Origin: Schmidtea polychroa
Lineage: Eukaryota
Length of the DNA stretch: 64,000 nucleotides
Direction of reading: 5' to 3'
NCBI GenBank assembly: GCA_044892525.1
Contig: CM097885.1
Location: 234,610,001-234,674,000, forward strand
Shown here: positions 1 to 13,123 of the stretch, one piece after another
Layout: every line of letters starts with the position of its first letter
Position numbering within the stretch: position 1 is the stretch's first letter
Notes under the pieces: model-generated
What the model saw: the letters and a program-made list of their open reading frames with translations, nothing else
Databases searched by the model: none
Told to the model about the DNA's origin: nothing
Translations under genes and position numbers: made by a program

Positions 1-540
1 TTTCAATTAAAGTCATTTTTATCGTTGAAACATTAATGTAATTTTAGGAATAAACAGAATCAAAAAACGTAAAAAAGTTCTTTTTTGTATATTTTCGATA
101 AATATTTATTCAATTATAAAACAAAATTATAGACTTTTTCATAAACATTACTTTTTGAAAAGAAACTGCAAACGTCTGTGATCTTGATCAAATTTATTAA
201 TTACTTTGTCCATTATTTTTCGCTTTTTTTACTGTCATTGATTTTGTCACGATGAACACTCATCATGCAAAGTCTATTTTCACACATTGTTGACCTTTGC
301 CACGTTTTGACTCTTCTCAGTGTACTAAATGATCTTTAAATGTTAAAGCAATAAGAAATGCTTTCTTAATAGCTGGAAAAAAGTCTGTGAATTGTAATAA
401 ATCCATCATTCCATCGTGATTTTTGAATTCAAAATCCGACTTTTTATTTGACCACATCTCAAACCAAGTGCTTGCCTTAGCATCAAAGTTTTCAATTTGA
501 TAGTATCCTTTTGAAAGATCCTTCTTCACCTTTTCAAATT
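1..540 (-). mobile_element. Degenerate 3' fragment of a hAT (THAP12/PRKRIR-like) transposon, duplicate of ~2686-3150
   Basis: Bases 1-~500 closely match 2686-~3150, apart from indels (e.g. aaagtcatttttat.gttgaaacattaatgtaattttaggaataaacagaat). The 317..529 ORF is part of this decayed transposase C-terminus. Confidence 0.6.
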
Positions 541-1679
541 CCTCTTCTATATCTTTTTTTACCTAATCTCCTTAATTCGTTTTTATCTTTAGCCTATTCT
601 CGTTTCTTCTTATTCTAACTGAGGTAAAATGCCGATTTGCTCTGATTTTCCCATACCTTATATACTCTTCGAAATCGGGATGACAAATGGTTATTGCCGA
701 GCCAATCTCTCACTTGACATTCGACTCCATATATCTACTTAGCCTGTCACCCATAATGGTCCAATGAACAAAGATAATTATTGGCCTATCCGGCCTTTCT
801 ACACGCACTATCTTCTTCTTGGTCTTTTCCCATTAATCATTGTGTCACGATAATGGGCCCAAATCTTCCTTCTATTTACTTTTCTCTTTGCTTACCCAAC
901 TCGGGTTTCCTTCATCTCTTGGGTTCTCCATTAGCTCGGGTTTCTATTAGCCAATTAATTAATTAATTAACATTTTCTGTTTTAACACATTTGAATGCTT
1001 TTCGACCCTTTCTATTCATTTTCTGATAAATCCCTTATCATCATCTTGTTGACCATTAGCTAATCTATACCTGTCCCGTTTTCCCAATTCAATTTCGATG
1101 ATTTTACAATTTATTGATTTTCTCGGATTTCCGGATTCTTACCTTTCACAATTGCCTTTGCCATTTCCTAATACTGTTGTCATCATACTTTCCTTTATTA
1201 TCAATTCTGTGCATGATCACAATTTTATTCGTCTTTTTCCTTCACTTACTTTTTATTTAAATTTTCAACCTAAATTTCATTTAAATTCATTTTTATTTAC
1301 TGACCTCAACAATATAATTTAATCAATTATTAAATAAATTTTTATTGGGCACCTGTAACTTTAAAACATAGTTACAAATAATGAGCTACAGTGGCTTTGA
1401 AAGGTTATTGAAGTCAAAATGAGTTGGAGTACTCACATCGTACTACGATATTTCTTTCAACTTAAATATTCTATTTAAATTTAGCAAGTAAATCAAAAAT
1501 CAAGAAAAAAATTAAAATTAATTGAGCTCTTGCAAATATGATTTGTCTTTCGTTAATGCCAAATTGTTTATAATTTATTATTTTATATTTTCATCCAATA
1601 ACAAATCAAATAATTTTAAAATTAAAAAAATGTATAACTATTAATAAAATATATAACATTTAATTTAAACAAAATTAAA

Positions 1680-2476
1680 ATGATAAATATTAATGATAAA
1701 TATAAACACATTCAAACCCTTCAGTCATCAACAACAAGTGAAGTATATATTGCTGAAAATAATTCCCAGTACAATAAAAGGAAAAAGACTGTAGTGATTA
1801 AAAGAATCCACAAATCTGTAAATAGGTTATTTGTAGAGAATTCAAAATATCCATTTCGTATTCCATTGGAAATGCTTTTTAATCAATTGATCAATGATGA
1901 TGAAATTTGCCCTAAACTTCTTGATTTCTTTCAAGACGACAAAGAATTTTCGATTGTTATGGAACATTTGACCGGTAAATGGGTTGAACTAGATGAGTAC
2001 ATTATGGAGAAAAAGCGACAAGAAAGATGTGTTAAAAGAATTGTAGAAAATGTAATAATTGCCATTGAAAAATTAATCGATAAAGGCATTTATCATCTAG
2101 ATATTAAACCTGAAAATATATTTGTAAATAAAAAAACATATCAGGTAAAGATTATTGATTATGAAGACGCTCTCTTTGATAATGTGATGAAGTACCCTAA
2201 AACTAACAGTTATGCAGGAACAGTTGGATATTTGCCATACGTCGTCAAACATTTGATGTGAACAAAAGTGTTGTATTCATGTTAGGCGCTCTAATTTACA
2301 AATGCATAGAAAGAAAACTTCCATATCTATTAAAAAACAAATGCTACATTAAGGATATAATATTTTGTAGGTCTTCAGAAACATTACAAAAGTTAGTTAA
2401 CAACTGTCTAGATTATAATCCTACAAATAGAATGAACATAAATGAAATACGCAATTACATTTGGTTTCAATCTTAA
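1680..2476 (+). pseudogene. Ser/Thr protein kinase (PIM/CAMK-like), intronless, split by a frameshift near 2240-2260
   Basis: Motifs VVIKRI (VAIK), YHLDIKPENIF (catalytic loop), KIIDYE (DFG-like) and YAGTVGY. The overlapping ORF 2258..2476 supplies the C-lobe (VFMLGALIY...CLDYNPTNR). Confidence 0.8.
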
Positions 2477-2494
2477 TTTTTATAATGCTGTGTG

Positions 2495-3900
2495 CATGGG
2501 CGTCCGCAGGAATTTTTCCAGAGGGGGGGGGGGGGAAACAATGTAGAGAACTTTTACATATTTTACATATTTTACATGTAATACTTAAATATACAACAAT
2601 TAGTATCGTTTAAATTCTTGTTATGCTCATTTACGAAAAAAAATTGTTACTATATATAATCAGATTAATAATAGTATATTGATGATTTCAAATAAAGTCA
2701 TTTTTATTGTTGAAACATTAATGTAATTTTAGGAATAAACAGAATAAAAAAACTTAAAAAAGTTCTTTTTTGTATATTTTCGATAAATATTTATTCAATT
2801 ATAAAACAAAATTATAGACTTTTTCATAAACATTACTTTTTGAAAAGAAACTGCAAACGTCTGTGATCTTGATCAAATTTATTAATTACTTTGTCCATTA
2901 TTTTTCGCTTTTTTTACTGTCATTGATTTTGTTACGATGAACACTCATCATGCAAAGTCCAGAAAGTCTATTTTCACACATTGTTGACTTTAACCACATC
3001 TTATCAGTGTTAACTGCTTTCTTAATAGCTGGAAAAAAGACTGAATTGTAATAAATCCATCATTCCATCGTGATTTTTGATTTCAAAATCCGACTTTTAA
3101 TTTGACCACATCTCAAACCAAGTGCCTAACTTAGCATCAAAGTTTTCAATTCGATACTCCATTATGACGTTTTTTGTGAGTCTTGAATTCATCTTTTGAA
3201 AGTTTCAACATTTCCATTGGGTGAAGTGAAAATAGACTAAAATTGATTTTGTTATTGTCATTGAATCTGCTCTCCAACGATGACATGATTGAATCCAAAT
3301 ATGGTATAAAGACAGATCTTCGAAAGTATTCTTCAACATTGAACCACCATTTTACATTGTCTGGGAATTTTCAACTGGATGTTTAATTGTTCTGTCAATT
3401 TCTCACTTTGAGAAATAGTGGCCTTAAAAAACTCTTCGGCATTTTTTATCAAAACTCACAAACCTTTCATCTTTTTTTTCTCAAGTAAAATACTATTGTT
3501 TTATAAACACTTCCCAAAATGCAAAAAAAAGTGAAAAAAAATATTGATCTATAGTCGAAAATATAGATACATAATTTGAATTTAAAAATAATCAATCAGT
3601 AAATAAGAAAATAAAGAATTTATTGATAATTATTAAGCTTTACAATTTGTCGATAAGTGCCTTTATTATTTTCATTATTAATCAATTTATTTATAAATCA
3701 ATATTTGAGTGAAATAAATTAAAAACAGTGTTTAACATTAAAAACAAACAGGAAGCCTCTTTAAATTAAATTTTTTTATTAATTTTTTTTGACTTGGGTT
3801 TTTCCAGCATTGTTTGAGCGCATCTATTAAAATGTGTTTAAATTAATCGAAAAAGCGAATGGTTTGGGAAATCCTGGGGAGGAAAGTGCCCCCCCCATCA
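2495..3900 (-). mobile_element. Degenerate hAT transposon (THAP12/PRKRIR-like)
   Basis: hAT-like end catgggcgtccgcagg at 2495. The minus strand at ~3260-3340 reads NVEEYFRRSVFIPYLDSIMSSLESRFND. The right boundary is approximate. Confidence 0.6.
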
Positions 3901-5023
3901 CACTGGGCTCAAAGTCCCGAATTACACCTCAGAAAAAATGATCAGACTACCTATAGATGGTTTGTAACATAATAAGAAACTTGTGATGATTATTGTGGAT
4001 TAATTAATGTGCGGTTCATTCAAATTTATAATTATTACAATTAAAAATATAAAAAATACCTATATATTTCATTTCTGAGCGAAAACGTTAATAATTTTGT
4101 TATATGAATAATATTTGATATTAATAGATTCATTGAAAACTTTAAAACGGACTTTTTCTGCTTAATTTATCTCCTTTATGGATATAAACTATGGTTCATT
4201 GTTATTATTACAATTGTAAATAATATAAATTTTGTATATTTAGAACTAATATTAAAAATGATATAAATTCGACTTTTCGTAAATTGAATTCAAAGAACAC
4301 ATACAACATTGATTTTTATAATTCTGTTATCTTTTGAGATTAATTTGTGATTTCTCATGTTTTCATTGGTCTGCAAACTTACATGTTTGTTTCCACGCAT
4401 GTCTGTGTGCGTGTGTGTATATTTTTAAACGTGTTGATCACCTAAAATCAGGTTTTAAAAAGAAAATTTCTAACAAAATTTCCCGTCAATTATTTAAAAT
4501 AAATTAATAATTTATACGAAAACATTTAACTAGTTAAATGAGTGATTTTTAAATTAACACTAATCGCGTTAAAATACTTAAGCTTGGTTTAGGATTTCAA
4601 AAAATTTTACTTCAAATTGCTAATTTAAATGAAGAATTAGTGAAATAATATTAAAGTTGATATGCAAAATTCAAAACTGATTTAAATCAATATATTCAAC
4701 AATGTTATTTTCGCAACTTTTCAAATTCTATTAATTTGAAAGAAATTTATACCAATAAGTAGTGAGATCAACTACATAGATTGAGCCACGCTTTTCATTC
4801 ATATTTGCTCATATATTTATAGATAATTTTGAAAAAAAATTTTATTTTAATTTTCAAATTTTTTATTTAAAATTATGAATAGAAAATTTTGTTGAAAAAA
4901 ACGTAACAATTTGTAATGAAACCATGATTCATACCAATAATCAGTAGTGTACAAAAATTTGAAAGATATATAACAAGAAAATAACATTAAAAATCAAACT
5001 GTAAGATACAATTTCATGACAAT

Positions 5024-5332
5024 TTATTTCATCGGGTATGGCGGTGGAGGCTGATTTGTATGATATTGGGGATAGGCATTAGGATATTGTGGGTATTGCT
5101 GTGGCGAAGTTACGCATCCAGGTGGATAATTCTGTTGTGGAGTTGGACAATATCCACCTTGATATGGCGCCGTAGGATAGCTCTGTGGAGGATTGGTAAT
5201 AAAAGTTTGCTGTTGGTTCTGTAGTCTTTCACGATCTCTTTTCCTTTTACACAAATAAAGAATGATAAAACATATAGTTAAGAATCCAATTATTCCAAGA
5301 ATTCCACCAATTAATTTCTTCAAAAATCCCAT
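5024..5332 (-). CDS. Small single-pass membrane protein with a Pro/Tyr/Gln-rich tail and PPxY motif (Shisa/WBP1-like architecture)
   Basis: Hydrophobic LIGGILGIIGFLTICFIILYLC, basic stop-transfer KRKRDR, C-terminal QPPPPYPMK. Confidence 0.65.
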   Translation of the reverse strand: MGFLKKLIGGILGIIGFLTICFIILYLCKRKRDRERLQNQQQTFITNPPQSYPTAPYQGGYCPTPQQNYPPGCVTSPQQYPQYPNAYPQYHTNQPPPPYPMK

Positions 5333-6277
5333 TTTAAATAAATTGAATAAAAATTGTCAAAATTTATTTTAAAACCAGTCTGGTTAAAAAATTATTTTAT
5401 TATTGATTGGTTTAAATACGAATTGAGATGCGCATACATATCAATGAACCAATGTAATACATGTATGCATATTTTTCTGAACTGTGTATGTGTGTGTATT
5501 TTAGTCGCATTGAAAGATAGCTAGCTAGTTCAATGAGAAATTATTTCATTTATCGAATATTGATTTAATTTGAAATTTATTATATTATCGCATCACATAT
5601 TTTCTGTAGTATTTAAGAAAACAGACCAAACCGTTATGTAAATAAATTGTAAAATTTAAAAATTCAAACTTATTTAACTGTTGGATATAATTCTTTCACC
5701 ACATTATAATATAAGCGTTTTTCAAATTTTTAAACAATTTATTATCAGTAAAATCATTTATTTTTACCTTTAACTCTGACTTTTTATCATTTACGATTCT
5801 ATTTACCATTATTTTGGTTTTGACTATATACTAATAATTAGTAACTAATTATTTAACTTATTTTTAGCATTTCATTTTACAATTGTTATTTGCGAATATT
5901 TATTGTCTTTGTTGCAGTTATACTAAAAAGGTGCAAATAAAAATTCATTGTACAATAAATTTTACACAAGACTTTAAAAAGTTAAATATAACAAAAATTC
6001 AGATAATTAATTAAAAGCACAAATTAATTTATAAGTGTTGGGTTTTTATTGTAAAGTCACACTCAGCGTCAGCCCCGTACCGTGACACCTTTTGACGGGG
6101 GGCAGACTCTCATTAAAGGGACCAGTAATTCTCGTGTAAACTAAGTATTTTATGAAAACAGACTAGTCACTACTCACACTTTGCACTCCGAAATGTTCAA
6201 TTTAAAAAAAAGGAAAGCAAAATCGACATTTTGTCTGAGCATTATTTTGCTACATTATTGCATATACTAGTATATAG

Positions 6278-6472
6278 CAGTGTTTCTCAAACTATGGGTC
6301 GCGAAAGAATTTTTGGTGGGTCGCGATGACTTATGGAAAGATCTACAAATATAAATTTTGGAAGTTTAAGCCTTTTAAATTTATTTAATCTTTGTCATGT
6401 GGGTCGCAATAAAATTTTTGGCATGAAATGTCAAAAATTTGGGTCGTGATCAAAAAAGTTTGAGAACCACTG
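6278..6472. mobile_element. hAT-type MITE (195 bp)
   Basis: TIRs cagtgtttctcaaact and agtttgagaaccactg. 8-bp TSD GTATATAG at 6270-6277 and 6473-6480. Confidence 0.92.
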
Positions 6473-6699
6473 GTATATAGGAAATGATTTTCGCACATTT
6501 TTTAGGAACAAACACAAAAAACAAACAGCTGCATGTATTTGCAAGACGGACAATTGGACATACAAAGACAGAACACACAGTCACACAGATTTGAAAACTA
6601 AAGGTGAGTGCAATAGAAATTACACAGGAACTAGATCCAGAAAAAAGAAATTACGTGTGTGAGATATCGACATGACTCAAAATAGCTGTAGTCGACGAT

Positions 6700-6929
6700 T
6701 TTTCATTTCATGAAACCGCCGATGAAACTCATCAGATTTGATGTTATTACTGATATCACTTTCAAATGAGAGCAATACAAGGTTGGCTTTACGAGAATGG
6801 CTCATCGACGTACGAAAGGGAGTTAAGACACGAGATAAAGTACTGAAAGTCGCCTCACATGTGGCAGTTGAAGCACTGATTGTCAGTGCAGAAGCTGCAA
6901 GACGATAGACAGATGGAAAAGCATCTCGG
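6700..6929 (-). pseudogene. C-terminal hAT dimerization domain of the transposase split by the 6.2-kb insertion
   Basis: Minus strand reads RDAFPSVYRLAASALTISASTATCEATFSTLSRVLTPFRTSM. It joins in frame to ...ELYSY at 13124 once the insert is removed. Confidence 0.85.
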
Positions 6930-7278
6930 TGGTGGGTTACTGGTGGTTGAATGTTTGAATGCTGTTACCAGCGTAACCCAGAATACAACATTGTTTTCCA
7001 CTTGGTACCCGTTGAGTAATCAACGTTGGTACTGTACCAAGGGTTGAGTACTCGCAAAAAGTGAGCGCATCAAGGCACTGTAATTGTCGAGTACTCTATG
7101 GGTTCACGGACGTCCGATAGAAGGCATGTGTCCGATTTATTTCGGTCCCTTATCGAGATTGTTTTCCCCAACGCTTTTCTGTCGACCGGCTTGTTCCGGA
7201 CAATCACAAACTTCAATCACATATCCATCAGTCAATGAAGATCATTTATTCAAACACTACAATAATACAATGTTGGAT

Positions 7279-7752
7279 TTACCCAGGAGGGGTCGCATTC
7301 TCAAATATTCCTCGGGATCGTGGAGTGGCTTCAGGCTCTTTCGCTTTTTCTTGCTCGGCTAGCCAGGCCCTTTTCAATTTTTCCCGGGTATTCCGCCCTA
7401 GCCGCTTACGTTTCGGCTTGCTTGCCTGGGCAGGTGGGTATATCTTGGCCAGCTCCACCGGAAGTGGACGAATCTGCTCTCGGAGAGCGTCCTGGATGAA
7501 TTTTTCGTTCAGTTTGCTCTCGAGCGAGCGTACTTGTAGCTTCAACGCTCGGATTTCGAGTTGATCCTGCTCCGCTTGGGTCTGGAGTTGTGAGATGTGT
7601 ATTGTCCGTTTCTTCATCTCAGCCGGACTGAACCAAGTGCCTTCGAGTTCTCGGCACTTGACTTTGAGCTTCTCGACTCGACTTCGAAGGTCCTCGGATT
7701 GTTGCTGGGCCTGTTTGCGGTCCTTGCGTAGGTTTTCAAGTAACTTGTACAC
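7279..7752 (-). CDS. Coiled-coil protein with basic NLS-like tail (probably last exon of a spliced gene); homolog of 20985..21323
   Basis: Heptad-rich sequence with motif TWFSPAEMKKR. The ORF begins at an acceptor-like ttccttcag. GC-richer than its flanks. Confidence 0.65.
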   Translation of the reverse strand: MYKLLENLRKDRKQAQQQSEDLRSRVEKLKVKCRELEGTWFSPAEMKKRTIHISQLQTQAEQDQLEIRALKLQVRSLESKLNEKFIQDALREQIRPLPVELAKIYPPAQASKPKRKRLGRNTREKLKRAWLAEQEKAKEPEATPRSRGIFENATPPG

Positions 7753-8079
7753 TGAAGGAAAACAATAATAAAAATTTCGTCGCTCGCTTCCATGTGCATA
7801 AAGGTGATTCGATTAATTTCATAAAATTAGTAGCTGAAGGGTAGGGAGGGTCCTCTCGTCCCTGGAGACAACCCATACGCAATAAGACCTCTATGTAAGG
7901 ACTAAAAGATGATTTATTATACGACGAATACGCACGACAAACTATGATATAAAAGTTTTAATAATAAAAATTCCTACAATTCGTCAAAATTGCTACAAAA
8001 ACAAACAAATCAAACGCAACACAGTATCACTAAATTAGATCAAACAAATAGTTTCGTCCGAGTTATCACTACCGATGAG

Positions 8080-8463
8080 TTAGGTCAGGTTCTTACGGGG
8101 CCTCCCTCGTTTTCGTGGAGGGGTATCTGCCTCCTCCAGCTCTTCTGGGGTTACTCCCATCTCTTCGGCTTTGAGCTGGAGCTCGAGTCTCCTCAGGCGC
8201 ATCTGGGCCACTTCTACGTCGACGGCCGCTCGATCGCGGGCTTCTCGTAATACATTGTTGGTGGGTTCTGCTTTCACCCACGCCGGGGCGTCGGGCTCTG
8301 GGCCACTTCGAATGACCGGACCATAATTATCCAGGTCCAACCCCCGATTCCAATCGTGGATCCGGTACCAGATGTACCGGGTCCGGAGCCGCGTGATCAT
8401 CTGCCTGTATTCCACTTCGTCGGGTCCACTTGTTTGAGACATTCTGCTATTAAATAAGCTCAA
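8080..8463 (-). CDS. Unknown protein with a short coiled coil and a C-terminal AT-hook (RKRGRPRK)
   Basis: GC-rich ORF inside the 6.2-kb insert with a canonical AT-hook core RGRP. The start is uncertain. Confidence 0.55.
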   Translation of the reverse strand: MSLFNSRMSQTSGPDEVEYRQMITRLRTRYIWYRIHDWNRGLDLDNYGPVIRSGPEPDAPAWVKAEPTNNVLREARDRAAVDVEVAQMRLRRLELQLKAEEMGVTPEELEEADTPPRKRGRPRKNLT

Positions 8464-10019
8464 TTAAAGGAGATATTAGTATCAAATTTTTTGGTAGATT
8501 CGGAATTTCGTTTCTATGGTCTATCCATTCGACTAAGTCGCAAAAATGATGAGTGGGTCCATTTGTGGATCGTCTTATCATAATCCGCGTTATAGATTGT
8601 GGGGGAATTATGGATTTTGCTAAATTGAGCGTATATTGATTTAAATCTCGGTTATTAATTCGTTATGTAATTTATAAATTAAAAATTTTCTTTTTCCACT
8701 GTTAAATCAGTACCGCAAATACTCTACCAAATTCACAGTTAAATAAAAAATAACAAAAATTAATTTCTGAAGATCTAATTCTATTTGACCGTGTTAATTC
8801 AGCAAATCAACTTTTATATTTTTTAAAAAAGAAATTTGCACTTTGTTTATCTAACCTAATTATTGAAAATTCTATGGTTTATTTTTAATGTTTGTTATGT
8901 CATCGACATAATATTTTATGCCAATTATTTAACTACTGAATCAACCAGCCCCGTCGGTGCTGGGTGAGCTGTTGGAACTTAGTTTCCCACCTCATCCTCA
9001 CTTAGACCGGGTTGTCATATTCAGTGTGACCGTTTTTATACGAATTTTAGGTTGTTTGGTCCATTTCCGGACGAATATCAATATCAATGCTACGGTGATA
9101 TTGTAATCAAAAATGCCCCTTAACTTACCTGAAATCGTGGATTTATGCCCATCTTTCATGAAATTCCAATGCCGAGTTCGCATCGGTAGCGTTCACCCTG
9201 CTGGTTTTCACCCTAAAGAAGACTATTAGCCTACTCATGGCTGCGTGTTTTAGTTGGGATTTTACTTCTATGTTCGTGCACTGAATGCTTGGATATGCAA
9301 TTTCCCATTTTTCAAGGTAAGCTAAATTTTGTGGTACAAATCTGATTTTATGCTAACAATTATTGTAACTAATTTGTAATGCAGTAAGGAGAATTATGAT
9401 GATATTCAGGATAACGGTAATTATGGGGAGCGATAGAGATAGTAATAACAGTGCTAGTGATGATCTTAATCATAGCAAATGCTAATACTTATTTTGTAAG
9501 GTTCAGCTAGCATACAGTGATATCCTTGAAAAAATTTTATGCGTTTCAGGAACAGCACTCATTTATGGATTATAATTTATCCTTAATCGGTAGAGGTAGT
9601 TCATATAATATAAGTAATCATGAATTATCTCTTGGAGAGAAATACAGTTCATAGTTTAGATATTTATAATTTAGGTTCTAGTCAAAATACAAACTTGTAA
9701 TTTGCATTCTTACACATAATTTTATAATACTATTTAGAATTTCTATTTCGATAACTCAGATCCATACATAATTCATATATATAATTATCCCTGGTTTTTA
9801 TCTTATAATCTAGTTGCATTAGTAACTCTAAATAACTATCCAGAATTCGTGTTTTTTAAGATCAGAGGTTATATATGACTGTTTATAATTAAGGTTTATA
9901 GTCACACTACATTTATAATTTATATATTACTAGTTATAAATTATATTTTTATAATCCAAATTTATATATAATCGTCCATAGTTGATATTTTTGTACGAAA
10001 AATTAATCCGTAACCATCC

Positions 10020-10620
10020 ATATACCTATATAATTTATAACCAACTATTTATATTTTATATTCCGCAATCAAAATTTATATATAATCATTTATAATTTAT
10101 ATTTTGTACGTAAAATTTATTCGTAACTATTTATAGATTATATTTCTATGGTCAATATACGTATATAATTTATATATAACTATTTATACTTTATATTTTA
10201 TAATCAAAATTTTTATATAATTATTTATAATTTATATTTTTGTAAGTAAAATTCATTCGTAACTATTTATAGATTATATTTTTATGATCAATATCCGTAT
10301 ATAGTTTATATATAACTATTTATACTTTATATTTTATAATCAAAATTTTTATATAATTATTTATAATTTATATTTTTGTAAGTAAAATTTATTCGTAACT
10401 ATTTATAGATTATATTTTTATGATCAATATCCGTATATAATTTATATATAACTATTTATACTTTATATTTTATAATCAAAATTTTTATATAATTATTTAT
10501 AATTTATATTTTTGTAAGTAAAATTTATTCCTAACTATTTATAGTTTATATTTTTAAGGTCCATGTATATATATGATTATATGTAACTATTTATAATTTA
10601 TATTCTTAAATCCAAATTTA
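10020..10620. repeat. AT-rich tandem repeat, 136-bp unit, about 4 copies plus degenerate flanks
   Basis: aactatttatag recurs at 10125, 10261, 10397 and 10533. Confidence 0.85.
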
Positions 10621-13123
10621 TACATAACTATTTAGAAATTATATTTTCATAGCCAAAATTTTATGCATAATCATTTGTAGATCGTATTTTATAATTAAGA
10701 TACATTGATAATTTACATATAACCATTTATACGTTATATTTTTAAACTCGGATTTGCATATAACTATTGATAAATTATATTCTTATAAAATTTTAGGTAT
10801 AATTCTTTATAGATTATATTTTAATAATTTCCAATAAGTATTTATACTTTATATTTTAAATTCAGAGTTATATATAACTATTTATAAATTATATTTCTAT
10901 AATTAAAATTTTATGTATAATTATTTTTAGATTGTATTTTTATAATTAAGATAACCGTTTATCATTTATACTTTTTTATAATTAAGATAACCATTTATCA
11001 TTTATACTTAATAATCGAGATACAGTTACCATTTATATGTCGTATTTTGGGTTTAGGGCTTATATTGTATTATCATCATACATATATAATCTATACATAG
11101 CCTCTCATATTTATAAGTCAGGTTTCAAAATTAGCATAAGATTATATTTTATGATTCGAGTCTTTATAAGTTATATTTTTAGGCTGAGATATTTGCACGT
11201 TCTATATAAAATTATAGTTTTTAATCTAGATTTTCTTAGCTGATATAATTATAGTTTCCAGTTTAGGCATTAGGGGATAAAGCATAAGGCTATAAAGTAT
11301 GATTATATACATTTATAAATTATGATTTTAACTCGGAATCTGAGAATGCCAGATTTAAAATCGATTATGTTTTATGATTGTCTGTCTATGAGTTATACTT
11401 ATACAACTTAGTAAAGCATTATATATATAATCAGAAATTGCATTTTAACTTGCCAATACTTTATAGTTGGCTATTTATTAATAAAATTATGATACTTCAA
11501 CTCGATGATCAGGGTGCATTTATAATTTGTCTACAACTATTTGAGATTTATAATTGATATTAGTATAAATTCCTAATTCATATAACTATTTTAGGGTGAC
11601 CACTTAAATCGATATAGATCCATAATTTAAATTTGTAGGGGGTTAAATTTATGATATAAATATTAGATTCATTAGTCCTATAATTAATTCGCTGACCTAC
11701 TCAACCTATGGATTAAGTCCTACCTATACGTATGCCAAACACCTTTATGAGAATTATTTCAATTACTATAATCACTAATAAATTTTATTTTGTATTTATC
11801 TAAATTCGGCAAACGCATAAGCATAACTGGAATCTCTATTGATGTTCACCCGACCACATTACTAAATTGTAGAATTGTATAAGTTTGGGTCTGAGTTCTA
11901 CTCAAATTAGGATCCTAGTGTTAAGTAGTGTGTGGAATTTTTAGTGTTGATTTTAATTGTGTACTGCTTTCGAACTCGGGAAGAATGCTTGCTTACACGG
12001 CCCCACTGTGACCGCTACGACAAGCCCTACTGTAATATTGAGTCGAAACATCACTGTCGACCGATAAATAAATGGTTGGAGCCATAGCGGAGGGGTTTTA
12101 TCGACACAACTCCATGGCAGAACCATGAAGTGGCCGACCTCCGATGACCGAACAACAAGAAATATATATTAATGATAGTGCATGTCTGCATGTTTCATTT
12201 TAGAAAAATTCATTACCATCAAATGTAGGACTAAATAGAGACGCACTAAGACGTCGCTGATCAGTCATATTTAAAAAGAAAAAAAATAGATCTTAAGGAT
12301 ATTCTAATTAAAAATGGTTTAAATTGAAATAATTACATACGTGATTAATCATAGATAAAACATATATCAATCAAAAATACCTACTATTAATTTTTCGGCA
12401 AAATTTTCGTCAACAAAAATATTGGCATAAAAGTGATTGATTGTGACTGAAACGTGTCAGTATATATACCTATTTTGTACACGTGTATGTATTGATGCAT
12501 TAAAACAAACTCGAATTCTTTTTATTCCAGAATTTTCTATTTTGCGATTTTGATATTTTTAATGGCAATTTTTGTGCCATAATTTTTGTTTTTATTTTTA
12601 AATTTAAAATTTTTAATTATTTTTCATTAATTTTATGTCCATGATGGATTTGGAACGGTTCCAGAACATTCTATATTACTTTTAATTTAATTTTTATTTT
12701 AATTGATGTTTTATGAATTTCTTTTTAAGATTTTTTATTTTTATTACTAATTTATTTATTTTTTCCTAAATTTTATTGTTTAAGGTAGCTTTTATGATGG
12801 TCATCGCCATTTTTATGGAATGTTCTGGGTTTTTCTGGAATTTTTTACTGTTTTTACCATCTTTTAAGTTATTCGAGTTTGGTTTTTTGTAACTCTATGT
12901 TTATTTGGTTATTTTTGAGTTAGATTTTGCATAACTTCTTGCTTTTGTATAATTTTATTTAATTTCTGTGTTTATTTTTTTCTTGCTTTCTCCTTTAATT
13001 ACCATTGTTTATTTGGTGTAGTTTTTAATATTTAGCTATACTTTTTGCTTTTTTGCATGTTTTGTACCTAGACATTTCAGTCACAATTTTAATTTGGGTC
13101 TAGAAATCCGTTCTAGCCCAACA

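Larger units (their letters stand above)
6930..13123. mobile_element. 6.2-kb unclassified insertion with TG...CA ends (possible giant solo LTR or non-autonomous retroelement)
   Basis: Starts tggtggg and ends cccaaca. TCGG is duplicated on both sides (6926-6929, 13124-13127; TCGGT if the TSD is 5 bp). It cleanly interrupts the hAT transposase frame. Confidence 0.8.

Noticed and set aside
540..1360. Possible decayed gag/zinc-knuckle region on the minus strand
   Set aside because: Too degenerate; no complete motif could be read.
3901..3960. cactggg start resembling a Transib-type TIR
   Set aside because: No matching opposite end or TSD was found.
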